NCBI GenBank assembly: GCA_046052125.1
Contig: JBJOMY010000001.1
Span: 128,001-192,000, forward strand
Length of the DNA stretch: 64,000 bases
Origin: Cyanobacteriota bacterium
GTDB taxonomy: Bacteria; Cyanobacteriota; Cyanobacteriia; PCC-6307; Cyanobiaceae
Reading direction: 5' to 3'
Part shown: in pieces, positions 11,679-22,280 of the stretch
Position numbering within the stretch: position 1 is the first letter of the stretch
Layout of the letters: every line of letters starts with the position of its first letter
Program-made: the position numbers and the translations under genes
Notes under the pieces: generated by a model
Seen by the model: the letters and a program-made list of their open reading frames with translations, nothing else
What the model was told of the DNA's origin: nothing
Database searches by the model: none

Positions 11679-12461
11679 GTGTGTGAACTGCTTGCCCTCA
11701 ACGCCAACACGCCCACCGACATGGCGTTCTCCTTCCGCGGCCTCAGCCGCCGCGGCGGGGCCGTTGGTGAACATGCCGATGGCTGGGGGCTCGCCAGTTT
11801 CACGCCGGATGGCTCAGGTCTCGATCTGATTCGAGAAGACGCACCAGCGGCCTTTTCCCAGCTGGCTGATCAGCTGGCGGAGCGCTCGCCCAAAGCGTTG
11901 GTGTCGATTGCCCACATCCGCAAGGCCACCCAGGGGCTGGTGGCGCTGGAGAACTGCCATCCCTTTGCCCGCAGCTGGAAGGGGCAGACCTGGGTGTTTG
12001 CCCACAACGGCAACCTCGATGGAGCGATACCCAGCGGGGACACCTACCGCCCGTTTGGTTCCACCGACAGCGAAGCAGCCTTCTGCTGGATCCTTGAGCA
12101 ACTCGAGCAGGAGGGCGTGGATCCCGAGAATCCCGAGCAGATCTCAACCCAGCTGCACGCCTACGCCACGGAACTGGCCCGCATGGGCACCTTTAACGCC
12201 CTGATCTCTAACGGCCAGTGGCTGTTCGCCACCGCCACAACCCGCCTGCATTGGCTCACGCGACGGGCACCGTTCACCACGGCCACCCTTGCCGATCCGC
12301 CCCTGCAGATCGATTTCGCGCCGCTCACCTCCAGCTCCGATGTGGTGACGATCCTGAGCACCGAACCGCTCACCACCGATGAAGCCTGGACAGCGGTGGA
12401 GTCCGGCTCCTCAATGCTCTGGATGAACGGCGAGTGCCTGCACCTGCACCACAAGCCATGA
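11679..12461 (+). CDS. Class II glutamine amidotransferase (YafJ-like)
   Basis: N-terminal MCELL, HADGWG, NCHPF, HNG, TDSE. Confidence 0.9.
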   Translation: MCELLALNANTPTDMAFSFRGLSRRGGAVGEHADGWGLASFTPDGSGLDLIREDAPAAFSQLADQLAERSPKALVSIAHIRKATQGLVALENCHPFARSWKGQTWVFAHNGNLDGAIPSGDTYRPFGSTDSEAAFCWILEQLEQEGVDPENPEQISTQLHAYATELARMGTFNALISNGQWLFATATTRLHWLTRRAPFTTATLADPPLQIDFAPLTSSSDVVTILSTEPLTTDEAWTAVESGSSMLWMNGECLHLHHKP

Positions 12462-13789
12462 CCACCACGACGCAGCCGGTGACCCTGGCGGAGGCCTCGC
12501 GCTTTTGGTTCAAGCTCGGCTGGGTGAGCTTCGGTGGGCCAGCCGGGCAGATCGCCTTGTTGCAGCGCGAGTTGGTGGAGCGGCGCCGATGGCTCTCGGA
12601 GCGTCGCTATCTGCATGCCCTCAACTACTGCATGTTGTTGCCCGGGCCGGAGGCCATGCAACTGGCCACCTATCTGGGCTGGCTGATGCATGGGGTGCCA
12701 GGTGGACTGATCGCTGGTGGGTTGTTTGTCATCCCCTCGGTGTTCGTGCTCACGGCGCTTTCGAGTGTCTACGCCCTTTGGGGGCAGCTGCCCGTTCTGG
12801 CCTCTGTGTTTGCCGTGCTCAAGCCGGCCGTGTTGGCGATCGTGTTGATGGCGGCCTGGCGCATCGGGCGCCGCACCCTGCGGACTCCGTTGCTGGTGGC
12901 TTTAGCCGTGGCCGGATTCCTGGCCATGGTGCTGTTGAACCTTCCTTATCCGCTCGTGGTGATCACCGCCGGGGTGATCGGCCTGGTGGTGGCCCGTTGG
13001 CGCCCGGCTCTCTTGGTGTCTGGCGCCCATGGAGCTGGTTCTGCCCCAGGCAGTGCGGATCTGCCTGAAGCGTTGCACGACGATCACACCGCCAGCCCAG
13101 AGCACGCCCGTTTCTCGAAGCGCAAGTTGGCGCTCACCTTGTTGATCTGGGCGTTGGCGTTGGTGGTTCCCCTGACTGCTGTGGTGGCGATCGGCGGTTG
13201 GAACGGCACCTTGGCCGTGATGGCCCGCTTCTTCACGCGGGTGGCGCTGCTCAGCTTTGGCGGCGCCTATGCCGTGTTGCCCTACGTGGCCCAGGGGGCG
13301 GTGGAGCAGTTCGGTTGGCTGTCGGCGGGTCAGATGCTCGATGGCTTGGCCCTGGGGGAAACCACGCCCGGCCCGCTGATCATGGTGGTGGCCTTCGTGG
13401 GCTTCATGGGCGGCTGGAATCAGGCCCTGGCGGCAGCACTCTCGCCCTGGCCGCTGGCTCTTGCGGCGGTGGCTGTCACCGTGTGGTTCACCTTCCTGCC
13501 CTCCTTTGGCTTCATCCTGGCGGGTGCGCCGTTGGTGGAGGCCTCACGAGGCGATCTGCGTTTTGGTGCCCCGCTCAGCGCCATCACTGCTGTGGTGGTG
13601 GGGGTGATCGCCAGCCTGGCGCTGTTCTTTGCCGGACCGGTGCTGTTCAGCGATGGTGCGTTTCAGCCCTTGGCTGCCCTCGTGGTGATCGCGGCCTTGA
13701 TTGCGCAACTGAAGTGGCGTTGGAGTGTGCTCCGCGTGATCGGCGTTGCAGCGGTTGTTGGCGTGGCGGCCGGTTTGCTCGTGCGTTGA
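12458..13789 (+). CDS. chrA: Chromate efflux transporter
   Basis: Duplicated SFGG motifs, LPGPEA, ETTPGPL. Confidence 0.92.
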   Translation: MTTTTQPVTLAEASRFWFKLGWVSFGGPAGQIALLQRELVERRRWLSERRYLHALNYCMLLPGPEAMQLATYLGWLMHGVPGGLIAGGLFVIPSVFVLTALSSVYALWGQLPVLASVFAVLKPAVLAIVLMAAWRIGRRTLRTPLLVALAVAGFLAMVLLNLPYPLVVITAGVIGLVVARWRPALLVSGAHGAGSAPGSADLPEALHDDHTASPEHARFSKRKLALTLLIWALALVVPLTAVVAIGGWNGTLAVMARFFTRVALLSFGGAYAVLPYVAQGAVEQFGWLSAGQMLDGLALGETTPGPLIMVVAFVGFMGGWNQALAAALSPWPLALAAVAVTVWFTFLPSFGFILAGAPLVEASRGDLRFGAPLSAITAVVVGVIASLALFFAGPVLFSDGAFQPLAALVVIAALIAQLKWRWSVLRVIGVAAVVGVAAGLLVR

Positions 13790-13833
13790 CCCCCGATCCC
13801 ATTCCTAGGCTCAGCTCTCGCTCCCGGGCTGTG

Positions 13834-14262
13834 ATGCAGCGCAAGAGTTGGTATGAGGACGTCTCACGACTCACGGCGCGGCTGGCGGGAAAAGCGGCCA
13901 CCTTCACCCTGGCCTGCTCAGTGGTGCTGCTCTGGTTGCTGACCGGCCCGCTCTTTGGCTACAGCGACACCTGGCAACTGGCCATCAACACCGCCACCAC
14001 CATCGTGACGTTTCTGATGGTGTTTCTGATCCAGCACACCCAGAACGTGGATACCGAAGCGCTGCAGATCAAGCTCGATGAATTGATCCGCGCCACCCAG
14101 GGGGCGCACAACGCCCTGCTCGATCTGGAGGAGATGACCGACCGCCAGCTCGATCAATTCCGCGATCGCTACGAAGCCTTGGCCCAGGCGGCGCGACAAC
14201 GCCTCGGATCCGATGAGATCACCCTGGGCACCCCAGCGATCACCCTCGACGACAACGACTAG
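13834..14262 (+). CDS. Low-affinity iron permease family protein
   Basis: SDTWQLAINTATTIVTFLMVFLIQHTQN, KLDELIRA. Confidence 0.88.
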   Translation: MQRKSWYEDVSRLTARLAGKAATFTLACSVVLLWLLTGPLFGYSDTWQLAINTATTIVTFLMVFLIQHTQNVDTEALQIKLDELIRATQGAHNALLDLEEMTDRQLDQFRDRYEALAQAARQRLGSDEITLGTPAITLDDND

Positions 14263-14449
14263 CGCTGGCTGGCTTCTTCGCTGGTGTCCGAGCCGTTCTG
14301 GTGACCGTTGAGGTGCTTCTCGCAGGCGGAGGCGTTCAGACCACTCAGCAGAGCCGCTGAGGCGAGAACAAACAGCAGCAGGCGCTTCATCGAGATGCCA
14401 CAACTGGGCGAAGCCTATGCATGGCCAAGCGGCTTTGCAGCTCGGATTT

Positions 14450-14878
14450 CTATTTCGTGGTGTTCTCCAGTTGTTCCAGGCCCTTGCGCAGTAACTGCTG
14501 GCCCCCCTCGATCAGCCGTTGTTGATCCGCTTTGAACTGGCAGCTGGCGGTGCGGTACTGAATGGTTTTGCTCATCGGTACGTACCAGAGCGCATCGATT
14601 TTGCAGAAGTTGCGGCCCTTCTTGGCGGGCTGATCCTGCAGGAGTTCGCCGTTGAGGCAGCGGTAACCGCTGCGCTCTTTGCCTTCGCGCAGGCAGCTGC
14701 CGAGGTTGCGCACGAAGATCGCTTCACCGTTGCGCTTGAACACCTGGTTGGCGTATCCGGCAAACGACACCGGGTCGTAGCTGAACGGTGCGGCTTGGGC
14801 GCTGCCTGCCAGCGCAGCCAACAGCAGAAGCGGGTGGAAACGACGAAACACCGGTGGAACGTGAAACCAGACACCCAT
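14450..14878 (-). CDS. Hypothetical secreted protein
   Basis: Signal-peptide-like segment ending AQA, four Cys; start uncertain. Confidence 0.65.
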   Translation of the reverse strand: MGVWFHVPPVFRRFHPLLLLAALAGSAQAAPFSYDPVSFAGYANQVFKRNGEAIFVRNLGSCLREGKERSGYRCLNGELLQDQPAKKGRNFCKIDALWYVPMSKTIQYRTASCQFKADQQRLIEGGQQLLRKGLEQLENTTK

Positions 14879-14940
14879 CATCAAAGCTGGCCGAAGCCTG
14901 CAGTTCTGTAAGGATCGAGTCATCCGTTGCCTCTGGCGCG

Positions 14941-16056
14941 TTGTCGATCGCAAAGCTGCGGGCTGCTGTGATCGGGCTGATCCTGGCGGGGGCGCCCGCT
15001 CAGGCTGCTCCCGTGTTGCGGGTGGGCGTGGCCGATGGTGCCCAACCCTGCAGCTACCGGCAACAGGGCAGCTGGAGCGGGATGGCCGTGGAGCTCTGGC
15101 AGCGCGTGGCCGATGAGGAACAGCTTCCTTATGTATTGGTGCCGGGGCAGAGCGCCGCAACGCTCTTGGCCGCCACCCAGCGCGGTGACCTGGATGTGGC
15201 GATCGGCTGCATCACCGTGTCGCCGGAGCGGTTGCGCAGCAATCGCTTCTCGCTGCCCTTCCAGGAAACGGGCCTCGGCGTGATGACGCGGCGCACCCGC
15301 TTGGATCTGGGGGTGTCGCTGTTGCAGTCGCTGCTGTCGCCCGATCTGATTCGGCTGCTTCTGGCTTATGTGGGCCTGATCGGGGTGTTGAGCGTGGCGG
15401 TGTGGCGGGTGGAGCGCGCCGGCAGCAAACCGGCGGAGTGGCCGGTGGGCAAGCGTCGCGGCTTCGCTTTGATCTTCCAGGTGCTTGCCACAGGGCCTGG
15501 CACCAACACGGTGGTGGTGACCTCGCGGGGCCATTCCCTGGTGTTTCTGGCCTACCTGGTGCGCATCGTGAGCGCGTCGCTGTTGGTGAGCTTCGTGACG
15601 ATCAACGTGGTGCGCGGCAGCGAGGACGCCTCCGGCAACGCCCTGCGCAGCCTGCGCGATCTGGCAGGACATCGGGTGGGTGTGCGGCAGGGCAGCGTGA
15701 GCGAACAGCTGCTGCAGCGCTTGAACCAAGGCGGGCTGAAGCCCACGATTCGGCTGCGGGAGCTGAAACAGGTGCTTGATGCCGATGAACTGCTCAGCGC
15801 CGGCGCCGTGGATGCGGTGATGGCCGATGAGATCCAGTTCGAATATCTGATGCATCAGCTGGCCGATCCCCGCTATGGCCTAGCGCTGCGCAACCTGCAC
15901 CCCCAATCGCAGGCGTTTGCCTTCTCGCCAACCCTGGATGAGGCCACCGCCAACAAGATCGATATGGCCCTGGGCCGGCTCAAGCGCGATGGGGTGGTGA
16001 GCCAGCTGCGCCGGCAGGCGATCTACGGGCCGCCGGATCAAGGGCAGGTTGAGTGA
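14941..16056 (+). CDS. Substrate-binding-domain membrane protein (GluR0-like ligand-gated channel architecture)
   Basis: SBP family 3 lobe (DVAIGCITVSPER), two TM helices, second lobe; start uncertain. Confidence 0.75.
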   Translation: MSIAKLRAAVIGLILAGAPAQAAPVLRVGVADGAQPCSYRQQGSWSGMAVELWQRVADEEQLPYVLVPGQSAATLLAATQRGDLDVAIGCITVSPERLRSNRFSLPFQETGLGVMTRRTRLDLGVSLLQSLLSPDLIRLLLAYVGLIGVLSVAVWRVERAGSKPAEWPVGKRRGFALIFQVLATGPGTNTVVVTSRGHSLVFLAYLVRIVSASLLVSFVTINVVRGSEDASGNALRSLRDLAGHRVGVRQGSVSEQLLQRLNQGGLKPTIRLRELKQVLDADELLSAGAVDAVMADEIQFEYLMHQLADPRYGLALRNLHPQSQAFAFSPTLDEATANKIDMALGRLKRDGVVSQLRRQAIYGPPDQGQVE

Positions 16057-17351
16057 TCCATCAGCGCCTTGCTCTGCTGCTCGTTCCAGCCCTCACCCCG
16101 CAGCGGTGCTGCCAGGGCCTCGCTCACAGCGCTCACCAAGAGCAGCACCGGGAACAGCTGTGGATCGCCTTGCAGCGTGAACACGAACACCGCACAGAAG
16201 ATCGGTGTTCCATTGGCGCCGGCAAACAGGGCCGTCGCTCCCACGGCCGCCAGTTGAGCCAGGGCAGCACCAGACAACTGCGCCAGCGGCGGTAGCCACG
16301 CCAGGGCGCCTGGCAGGAGGGAGCCAAGGGTCATCACGTCGTGCATCAGGCCACCGGGTGCCCCTGCCGCGATGCTCAACAGAGAGGCCAGCCATCGCCA
16401 GAGCAAGGTGAACGGCGGGCCGCCACTGCTCCCTTGCAGGGCAGCGCCAAGCGAGAGGCTTCCGTCGTTGAGGCTCAAGCCCCCGCTGATCAGTGCCAAC
16501 AGGCTCAAGCACGTTGCGATCGCGAGCGTGACCGCAACCCGGCGCCGTTTGATTCCGCGCTGCACGACGGCGGCCAGGGCAATCAGCAGCCGCACGAACA
16601 CCCCGCCGAGCACGGCGCCAATCAGCGTGATCACCACGATCCAGGGCCAGAGCGTCGCTTCTATGGAGCCAAGCTGAAGGCCTGGTAAGCGAGCTGGCTG
16701 ACCCAATCGGCTGTTCACCAGGGCACCGGTTCCCGCCATCAACAACGCCGGCACCACCAGCGGTAGCCCGGAGCGCCGGCCTAATTCCTCAACGCCATAC
16801 ACCACACCCAGCAACGGCGAGCGAAAGGCTGCACCAAGACCGGCGGCACCACCAATCACCCCCACCAGGGGCAGGGGCATCGCTGCCAGGGGAGACCACT
16901 GAGGCCAGCGCCGCCGGATCGCCAACAACACGCTGGCGCCCAGCGCCGCCGATGGTGATTCCACGCCAACGCTTAGGCCACCGAGATGGGTGAGCACCAC
17001 GAGCGGCAAGCGGATGAGCTGGCTGCGCAGGCTGAGCTTTCCGAGCCATTGCGTTTCACGGCTCTCCTCCAGCGCAGCAGCACTGCGATCCAGAGCGATC
17101 ACCGGCGCGACACCGCCACCACGGCCAGGTGACAGCGGCCCCCATGCCAGGACGAGACACGCAACGGTGGATGCGAAGACAACGACAACGCCACGCCATG
17201 GCGACGTGTCTTGTGCTGTTGCCACCCCAGGCAGAGGCCAGAGAGCCCGTTGGAGCGCAAAGCCCAGCTCAGAGAGGGCCTGGTACGGCCACTCCACCAG
17301 CCCGATCAACAGGCCGAACGACAACAACCACAGCAGATTTACTCGGCTCAA
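16038..17351 (-). CDS. ClC chloride channel family protein (divergent)
   Basis: GRGGGV, SVGVESPS, AAGLGAAFRSPL, GAPGGL. Confidence 0.8.
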   Translation of the reverse strand: MSRVNLLWLLSFGLLIGLVEWPYQALSELGFALQRALWPLPGVATAQDTSPWRGVVVVFASTVACLVLAWGPLSPGRGGGVAPVIALDRSAAALEESRETQWLGKLSLRSQLIRLPLVVLTHLGGLSVGVESPSAALGASVLLAIRRRWPQWSPLAAMPLPLVGVIGGAAGLGAAFRSPLLGVVYGVEELGRRSGLPLVVPALLMAGTGALVNSRLGQPARLPGLQLGSIEATLWPWIVVITLIGAVLGGVFVRLLIALAAVVQRGIKRRRVAVTLAIATCLSLLALISGGLSLNDGSLSLGAALQGSSGGPPFTLLWRWLASLLSIAAGAPGGLMHDVMTLGSLLPGALAWLPPLAQLSGAALAQLAAVGATALFAGANGTPIFCAVFVFTLQGDPQLFPVLLLVSAVSEALAAPLRGEGWNEQQSKALMDHSTCP

Positions 17352-17408
17352 GCGGGTGTAGATCGCGTAGGGACATTTCCAGCACCATCCATAGGCGGAA
17401 CTATGTAA

Positions 17409-17597
17409 TTAAGGATTGGGTTGTGCGCTGAGGCGATCGGCTAACGCCAGACAGTGGTCCATTTCCTCCCACAACAACTGGCGCCGTTCGGCTGTCACCG
17501 AAAAGGAGCGGTGATGGAGATCGCGGCCCAGGTAGCGCAGGGCATCACAGATGCGTCGCCAATCTTCGGGGCTGAGTGGTTCGGTGCTGAGAGTCAT
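17409..17597 (-). CDS. Small hypothetical protein
   Basis: ORF starting MTLSTEPLSPEDWRRIC with host-like codon usage. Confidence 0.5.
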   Translation of the reverse strand: MTLSTEPLSPEDWRRICDALRYLGRDLHHRSFSVTAERRQLLWEEMDHCLALADRLSAQPNP

Positions 17598-17658
17598 GGC
17601 GCAATCCTGCCTGGGCTGCCGCTCCTGCGCATGATGGGGTGACCAAGCCCTCGTTCTG

Positions 17659-18363
17659 ATGCCAGCGGCCGCGATGGGCCCAGCACTGTTGTTCGTGATC
17701 ACGAGCGAATCGGCTCTGCCGGATCACCCCTGCAGCCTTGAGGAGCTGCGTGATGCACAACAACTCGGGCCCCATTCGGGGTTTGCACTGCGCTTGTTCA
17801 GCTCTGGTCCGCAGGCCATGGAGGAGTTATCCACCTTCCCGCTGGATGGACGACTGACCGGCGCCGGGAAGCGGATGCCGGATGGTCCTCAACTGATCTG
17901 TGACGCGTTGCTGCCTCGCTACGAGCCGGAGCGCCATTGGCTCGGCGTCTACGCCGCGGATTCAGTCGATGCATCGACCTTCACCTGCCTTGATCGCTTT
18001 GCCCTCAAGGACGCCAACAATGAGACCTGCTGGTTTTATCCCACCCACGACGGCACCTTTCTGAGCTGGGAGCGGGATCTCCAACTCGCCCTACAGCCTG
18101 GATCTGTTGTTGATCCTTCACTCGAGCTGCTGAGCGCGCCTTACGAGCGCGGGCGCATCTCCCTGCTCTGGAGCCTGCTGAAAGACGACGACAGCCTCAC
18201 CAGCGTTGGGATCACCTATGGCGGGCAACGGTTGGAATGGCAACCGCAGATCCTTAAGGCCGAACCGCAAGCCGCCTGGAGCTGCTTTCAGGTGGATAGC
18301 TCAAGCACACCCAGCCTTGTGGTGGCTGCCAGTGAGGTTGTTCGAGAAGCGATCGATCCCTGA
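17659..18363 (+). CDS. Hypothetical protein
   Basis: 234-aa ORF with plausible composition; no family recognised. Confidence 0.65.
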   Translation: MPAAAMGPALLFVITSESALPDHPCSLEELRDAQQLGPHSGFALRLFSSGPQAMEELSTFPLDGRLTGAGKRMPDGPQLICDALLPRYEPERHWLGVYAADSVDASTFTCLDRFALKDANNETCWFYPTHDGTFLSWERDLQLALQPGSVVDPSLELLSAPYERGRISLLWSLLKDDDSLTSVGITYGGQRLEWQPQILKAEPQAAWSCFQVDSSSTPSLVVAASEVVREAIDP

Positions 18364-18580
18364 GTGAAGACGCCCTTGATGAATTCCACCGTGGTTGATC
18401 AGGTGCTCAGGCCTCGACAGGGGCCGATGCTGTGGTTGAATCAATGCACTGCAGAAGATGACACCTGCACGCAGGAGGGGGTCTGAGGAGGCCTCCTTTT
18501 TTGTGTAAAGCAAATCTTCCATGCGATCTAGCGATCATCACCAGCAAGCGTTACGCTCGCAATAGATTTCCACTCACTAC

Positions 18581-18946
18581 ATGCTCACAGGTTCTGAATT
18601 GCTCGCCAAGGTGAAAGACCTCGGCGATGTTTCCAAATCTGATCTGGTGCGCAGCTGCGGCTACGTGAGCACCAAAAAAGATGGTGGCGAACGGCTGAAC
18701 TTCACCGCCTTCTACGAAGCCCTGTTGGAGGCCAAAGGCCTGAGCCTGGGCAATGACGGTGCGGGTCGCGGCAAGGCGGGCCGCAAACTCAGCTATGTGG
18801 CCACCGTGCAAGGCAACGGCAATCTCCTGGTGGGCAAGGCCTACACCGCCATGCTCGATCTCAAGCCTGGCGATGAGTTTGAAATCAAGCTGGGCCGCAA
18901 GCAGGTGCGGCTGATTCCGGTGGGCGGTGTGGACGAAGAGGAGTGA
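18581..18946 (+). CDS. Cyanobacterial AbrB-like transcription factor (cyAbrB)
   Basis: MLTGSELLAKVK, FYEALLEAKG, VQGNGNLLVGKAYT. Confidence 0.93.
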   Translation: MLTGSELLAKVKDLGDVSKSDLVRSCGYVSTKKDGGERLNFTAFYEALLEAKGLSLGNDGAGRGKAGRKLSYVATVQGNGNLLVGKAYTAMLDLKPGDEFEIKLGRKQVRLIPVGGVDEEE

Positions 18947-19739
18947 GGCTGGGCGCTCGATCCGAGTGCTGGCTTCCCGCTGAACCAACCCCTGCTGAGG
19001 CCGGGGTTTTTTAGTGGCGCAGAGTATTCGTCACTGGATCAGCAACAGGAACGCGCCTTCAACACAGAGAGTGTGAGCCGCGAGATCGAGACCATCACCG
19101 ATCTGGGATCAGAGAAACGCGCTGCATTGCTGCGTGTTTGCAGCAGTACGGGAACAGGAACCTCCAAGCACTCATCACTGAGCGCCAATCGGCGTAACTT
19201 GAAATTGAGGGAAGGGACGGGAGCAAACCCAACCTTCACCCCCAACAGAGTCCGGCCAGGGATCACCCGAGCCGGTGCGCACAACGGAGGTGCGCTCGAT
19301 ATGCGTGAAACCCACGGTGAACTCGGTGATGTGGCGAGCACATCACCCCGTAGCCGCAACAGCGATACGCCACTGCGAATCCCACGATTGTTGATCCCCC
19401 GGGCTGCATAACCCGGGCCGCGATCACCACTGATGAGGTCAAGCCCCGAGCATCTCTCACCAGAGCCGTGATCGTTCTCCTTGCCTGCCAGGCCCCAGAC
19501 AGGTGAATCGTGATTCCACCAGACACCCGACCAAGTCGACCGCAAAATGCCAGCGGTGAACCTTGCAACCGGTGCTAAGGCGCCCCACACGGGGCGCCTT
19601 GTTTTGAGGCGGCTTCGGCCTGATGGTGCTCAATCGGCTGTGTCGCGATCCCAACGATCAGCCGCCATGATCGGCATTCGAAAGGTCTGATTTTGCTTTC
19701 ACCCCATCACCCGCGTGGCAACACCTTCTGGAAATCGCG

Positions 19740-20504
19740 ATGAGCAGTGAACCCGCTCAGCCGCTGAAGGTGCTGATCGCCGACGACGAGGACAACATTC
19801 GCCGGGTCCTGGAGACCCGCCTCAAGTTGCATGGCTATGCAGTGGCTGGAGCGGAGAACGGTGTGAAGGCGATGGAGCTCTTCCATGCCTTTCGCCCCGA
19901 CCTCGCGGTGCTCGACGTGATGATGCCCGGGCTGGATGGCTTTGCGGTGACGGAGCAGATCCGCGCTCAGTCGGAGATCCCGATCATCCTGCTAACGGCG
20001 CTGAGCGATTTAGCCAATCGAATCACCGGTCTGCAGCTCGGCGCCGATGACTACATGGTGAAGCCCTTCAGCCCCAAGGAGTTGGAGGCGAGGATCCGCA
20101 GCGTCATGCGCCGCGTCGAGCATGGATCAGGGCACAGCCCTGGGGCACCTGGCCTGGGCGGCGTGTTGCAGGTGGGTGAGCTCTCGATCGATTTCAACCG
20201 CCGGGCGGTGTTCAGGGGTGAGGCGCGCGTTCGCCTCACGGGCATGGAATTCAGCATGCTCGAACTGCTGGTGCGCCGTTCAGGCGAAGCGATTTCGCGC
20301 CTGGAGTTGCTGGAGGCCGTGTGGGGCTACCGGCCGGAACGTGCCAGCGACAGCCGGGTGGTGGATGTGCACGTGTCCCGCTTACGTTCCAAGCTGGAGG
20401 ACGACGCCGATCAACCGAGCCTGATCCTCACGGCCCGGGGAACCGGCTACATGTTTGCGCGGCTATCAGCCCCCGAAGAGAAAAGGGTGGGCTTCACGCC
20501 TTAA
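19740..20504 (+). CDS. OmpR-family response regulator, RpaB-like paralog
   Basis: IRRVLETRL, LDVMMP, KPFSPKELEARIRSV, RLTGMEFS, VVDVHVSRLR, LILTARGTGY. Confidence 0.9.
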   Translation: MSSEPAQPLKVLIADDEDNIRRVLETRLKLHGYAVAGAENGVKAMELFHAFRPDLAVLDVMMPGLDGFAVTEQIRAQSEIPIILLTALSDLANRITGLQLGADDYMVKPFSPKELEARIRSVMRRVEHGSGHSPGAPGLGGVLQVGELSIDFNRRAVFRGEARVRLTGMEFSMLELLVRRSGEAISRLELLEAVWGYRPERASDSRVVDVHVSRLRSKLEDDADQPSLILTARGTGYMFARLSAPEEKRVGFTP

Positions 20505-20772
20505 AGCATTCGCGGGATTGAAGTCTCACGCTCAGACCTGAGAGACCTTTGCAATTCGTAAGACGTTCCTCGAGGCGGGCTCCGGCTTGCCTTTTTTTAT
20601 GTCCAATCGAGGAGTCGGTCGCCCAACGGAGCGGCAGAACCTTTAGACAATCTGTATCTCCAAACGGCGCTCACCTTGCTGAAGAGTTTGTCGTTGCTCG
20701 CGGGGTGTTCACTCCTCGGCTTCGCCTTGATCCAGCTCACTTTCACCTGGCTCACCTGAGGCGCCCAAGGCC

Positions 20773-21924
20773 TCAGTAATAGAACGCACCATCGGTTGGA
20801 TTGCGCCGCACGGCAGCACAGCGCGTCGCGATCCGCCACAGGGCTTGATGAATGGGCGTGGCGTCGTAGCGAATCAGATCCGGGTAGCGCTGCCGCAGCA
20901 GGGCAGTGCCCCGCCAGGCGTTGTAGTGGGGGATGCGTGCATTGATGTGATGGCACACGTGGGTGGAGCCGATGCCGTGGTGCAGCCAATTGAGCAGCGG
21001 TCCGTAGGGGCGGTCAACGGTTTGGAGGGCACCTTTGGCCCAGGTCCATTGGTCGGATGCGAAATGCGGAATAGTCAGATCGGAGTGCTGCAGCCAGGTG
21101 TAGGTGATCAACCAGACATTCACCACGAGGTAGGGGAGCCCATACACGCACAGCACCCTCGCCAGTGAGAACTGAACAGCGAGAGCTCCGAGCACCAGCA
21201 GAACAACCAGAATGCCGACGTTTGAGCGCAGCATCCGGCGGCGGAATGCTCTCGGGAAGAGGGATCGTTTTCCCCTGTCGTAGAAGTCGCCGTTCCAGAA
21301 GTGGGAGGTTGGGCGGCCGTAGTCTTCACCACCGGTGGCGCCAACGAAGAGATAAAGAGGCCAGCCCAGGATCAGGTGGCTGAAGAGCGACACCCAACCA
21401 AACAAGCGCAAGCCAAGGCGCTGGCGCAACTGCTCCGTGATCCGCCCAGAAACCGAATCCTCTCTTGGCGGTACGTGCGTTTCACCCTGTTCGAGGTGAT
21501 TGCAATGGGCGTGGTGCACCGCATGGCTGCGGGCCCAGCTGTGATATGGAACCAGCATCAGGCTGTGGAGCATGAAGCCCACACAGCTCTCGATCCGGCG
21601 GTTCGGGTGAAAGGCGCGGTGGCCACATTCGTGCGCAATCACCCAACAGCCCATGGCCACAGTGCCTGTGATCACTCCATAGAGAAGCCACAGCGGCGCA
21701 GCCCACAACTCGAGCGGAATCGGAGTGCCGGCGGCATAGGCCATCAGCGACAACCCCAAAGACATGCCAAGGCTTCCCCAAGCCTTGAGCGGGTTGAACT
21801 GCGTTAACGCATGGGGCAGAGCCTGCAGCAGCTCTGCTTTGTTGGGATAGATGCGTTGGCTGGTGGGTTGAGGGGGACTGATCGGGCGCGCGATGAGGCA
21901 GACAGGAGGGGTCAAACGCTGCAC
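20773..21924 (-). CDS. Delta-12-type fatty acid desaturase
   Basis: Three His boxes HECGH, HAVHH, HVCHH; start uncertain. Confidence 0.88.
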   Translation of the reverse strand: MQRLTPPVCLIARPISPPQPTSQRIYPNKAELLQALPHALTQFNPLKAWGSLGMSLGLSLMAYAAGTPIPLELWAAPLWLLYGVITGTVAMGCWVIAHECGHRAFHPNRRIESCVGFMLHSLMLVPYHSWARSHAVHHAHCNHLEQGETHVPPREDSVSGRITEQLRQRLGLRLFGWVSLFSHLILGWPLYLFVGATGGEDYGRPTSHFWNGDFYDRGKRSLFPRAFRRRMLRSNVGILVVLLVLGALAVQFSLARVLCVYGLPYLVVNVWLITYTWLQHSDLTIPHFASDQWTWAKGALQTVDRPYGPLLNWLHHGIGSTHVCHHINARIPHYNAWRGTALLRQRYPDLIRYDATPIHQALWRIATRCAAVRRNPTDGAFYY

Positions 21925-22280
21925 CGCATCAAGTCAACCTTTCAGTTTTAGGAATGCTTAAGACTCTATCGGTCGCTGGGCTGAGGCGGCTCGTGTGAAG
22001 CGCTTGAAGACCCAGACCGGCGAGTGCCTGGTTGGGTTCATCACTAGAAGTGATCAATGATCTGGAGGTTCAAGGCAGCCAGCCATTCCAGATCCACGGG
22101 CAGGAGCAGGATGTGCCTGCGTTGCTCAACGCAAGGTTGTATTGGAAAGGGATTAAGGCTTCACCTCAGCGCCCTGATTCATCCAGCTGTGAGCCCCATC
22201 AAGACGGCGCTTGAACGGATCACGAACGACGCCGATCACCGTGCGTTTGCCTCGCCGATCTGCGTGGCTGACCGCCCGGG

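Noticed and set aside
19039..19654. Overlapping ORFs between cyAbrB and the response regulator
   Set aside because: No recognisable motifs and atypical composition in all frames; not supportable as CDS.
20517..20530. attL candidate (TTGAAGTCTC resembling the tRNA T-arm)
   Set aside because: Short, mismatched and in the opposite orientation to the tRNA.
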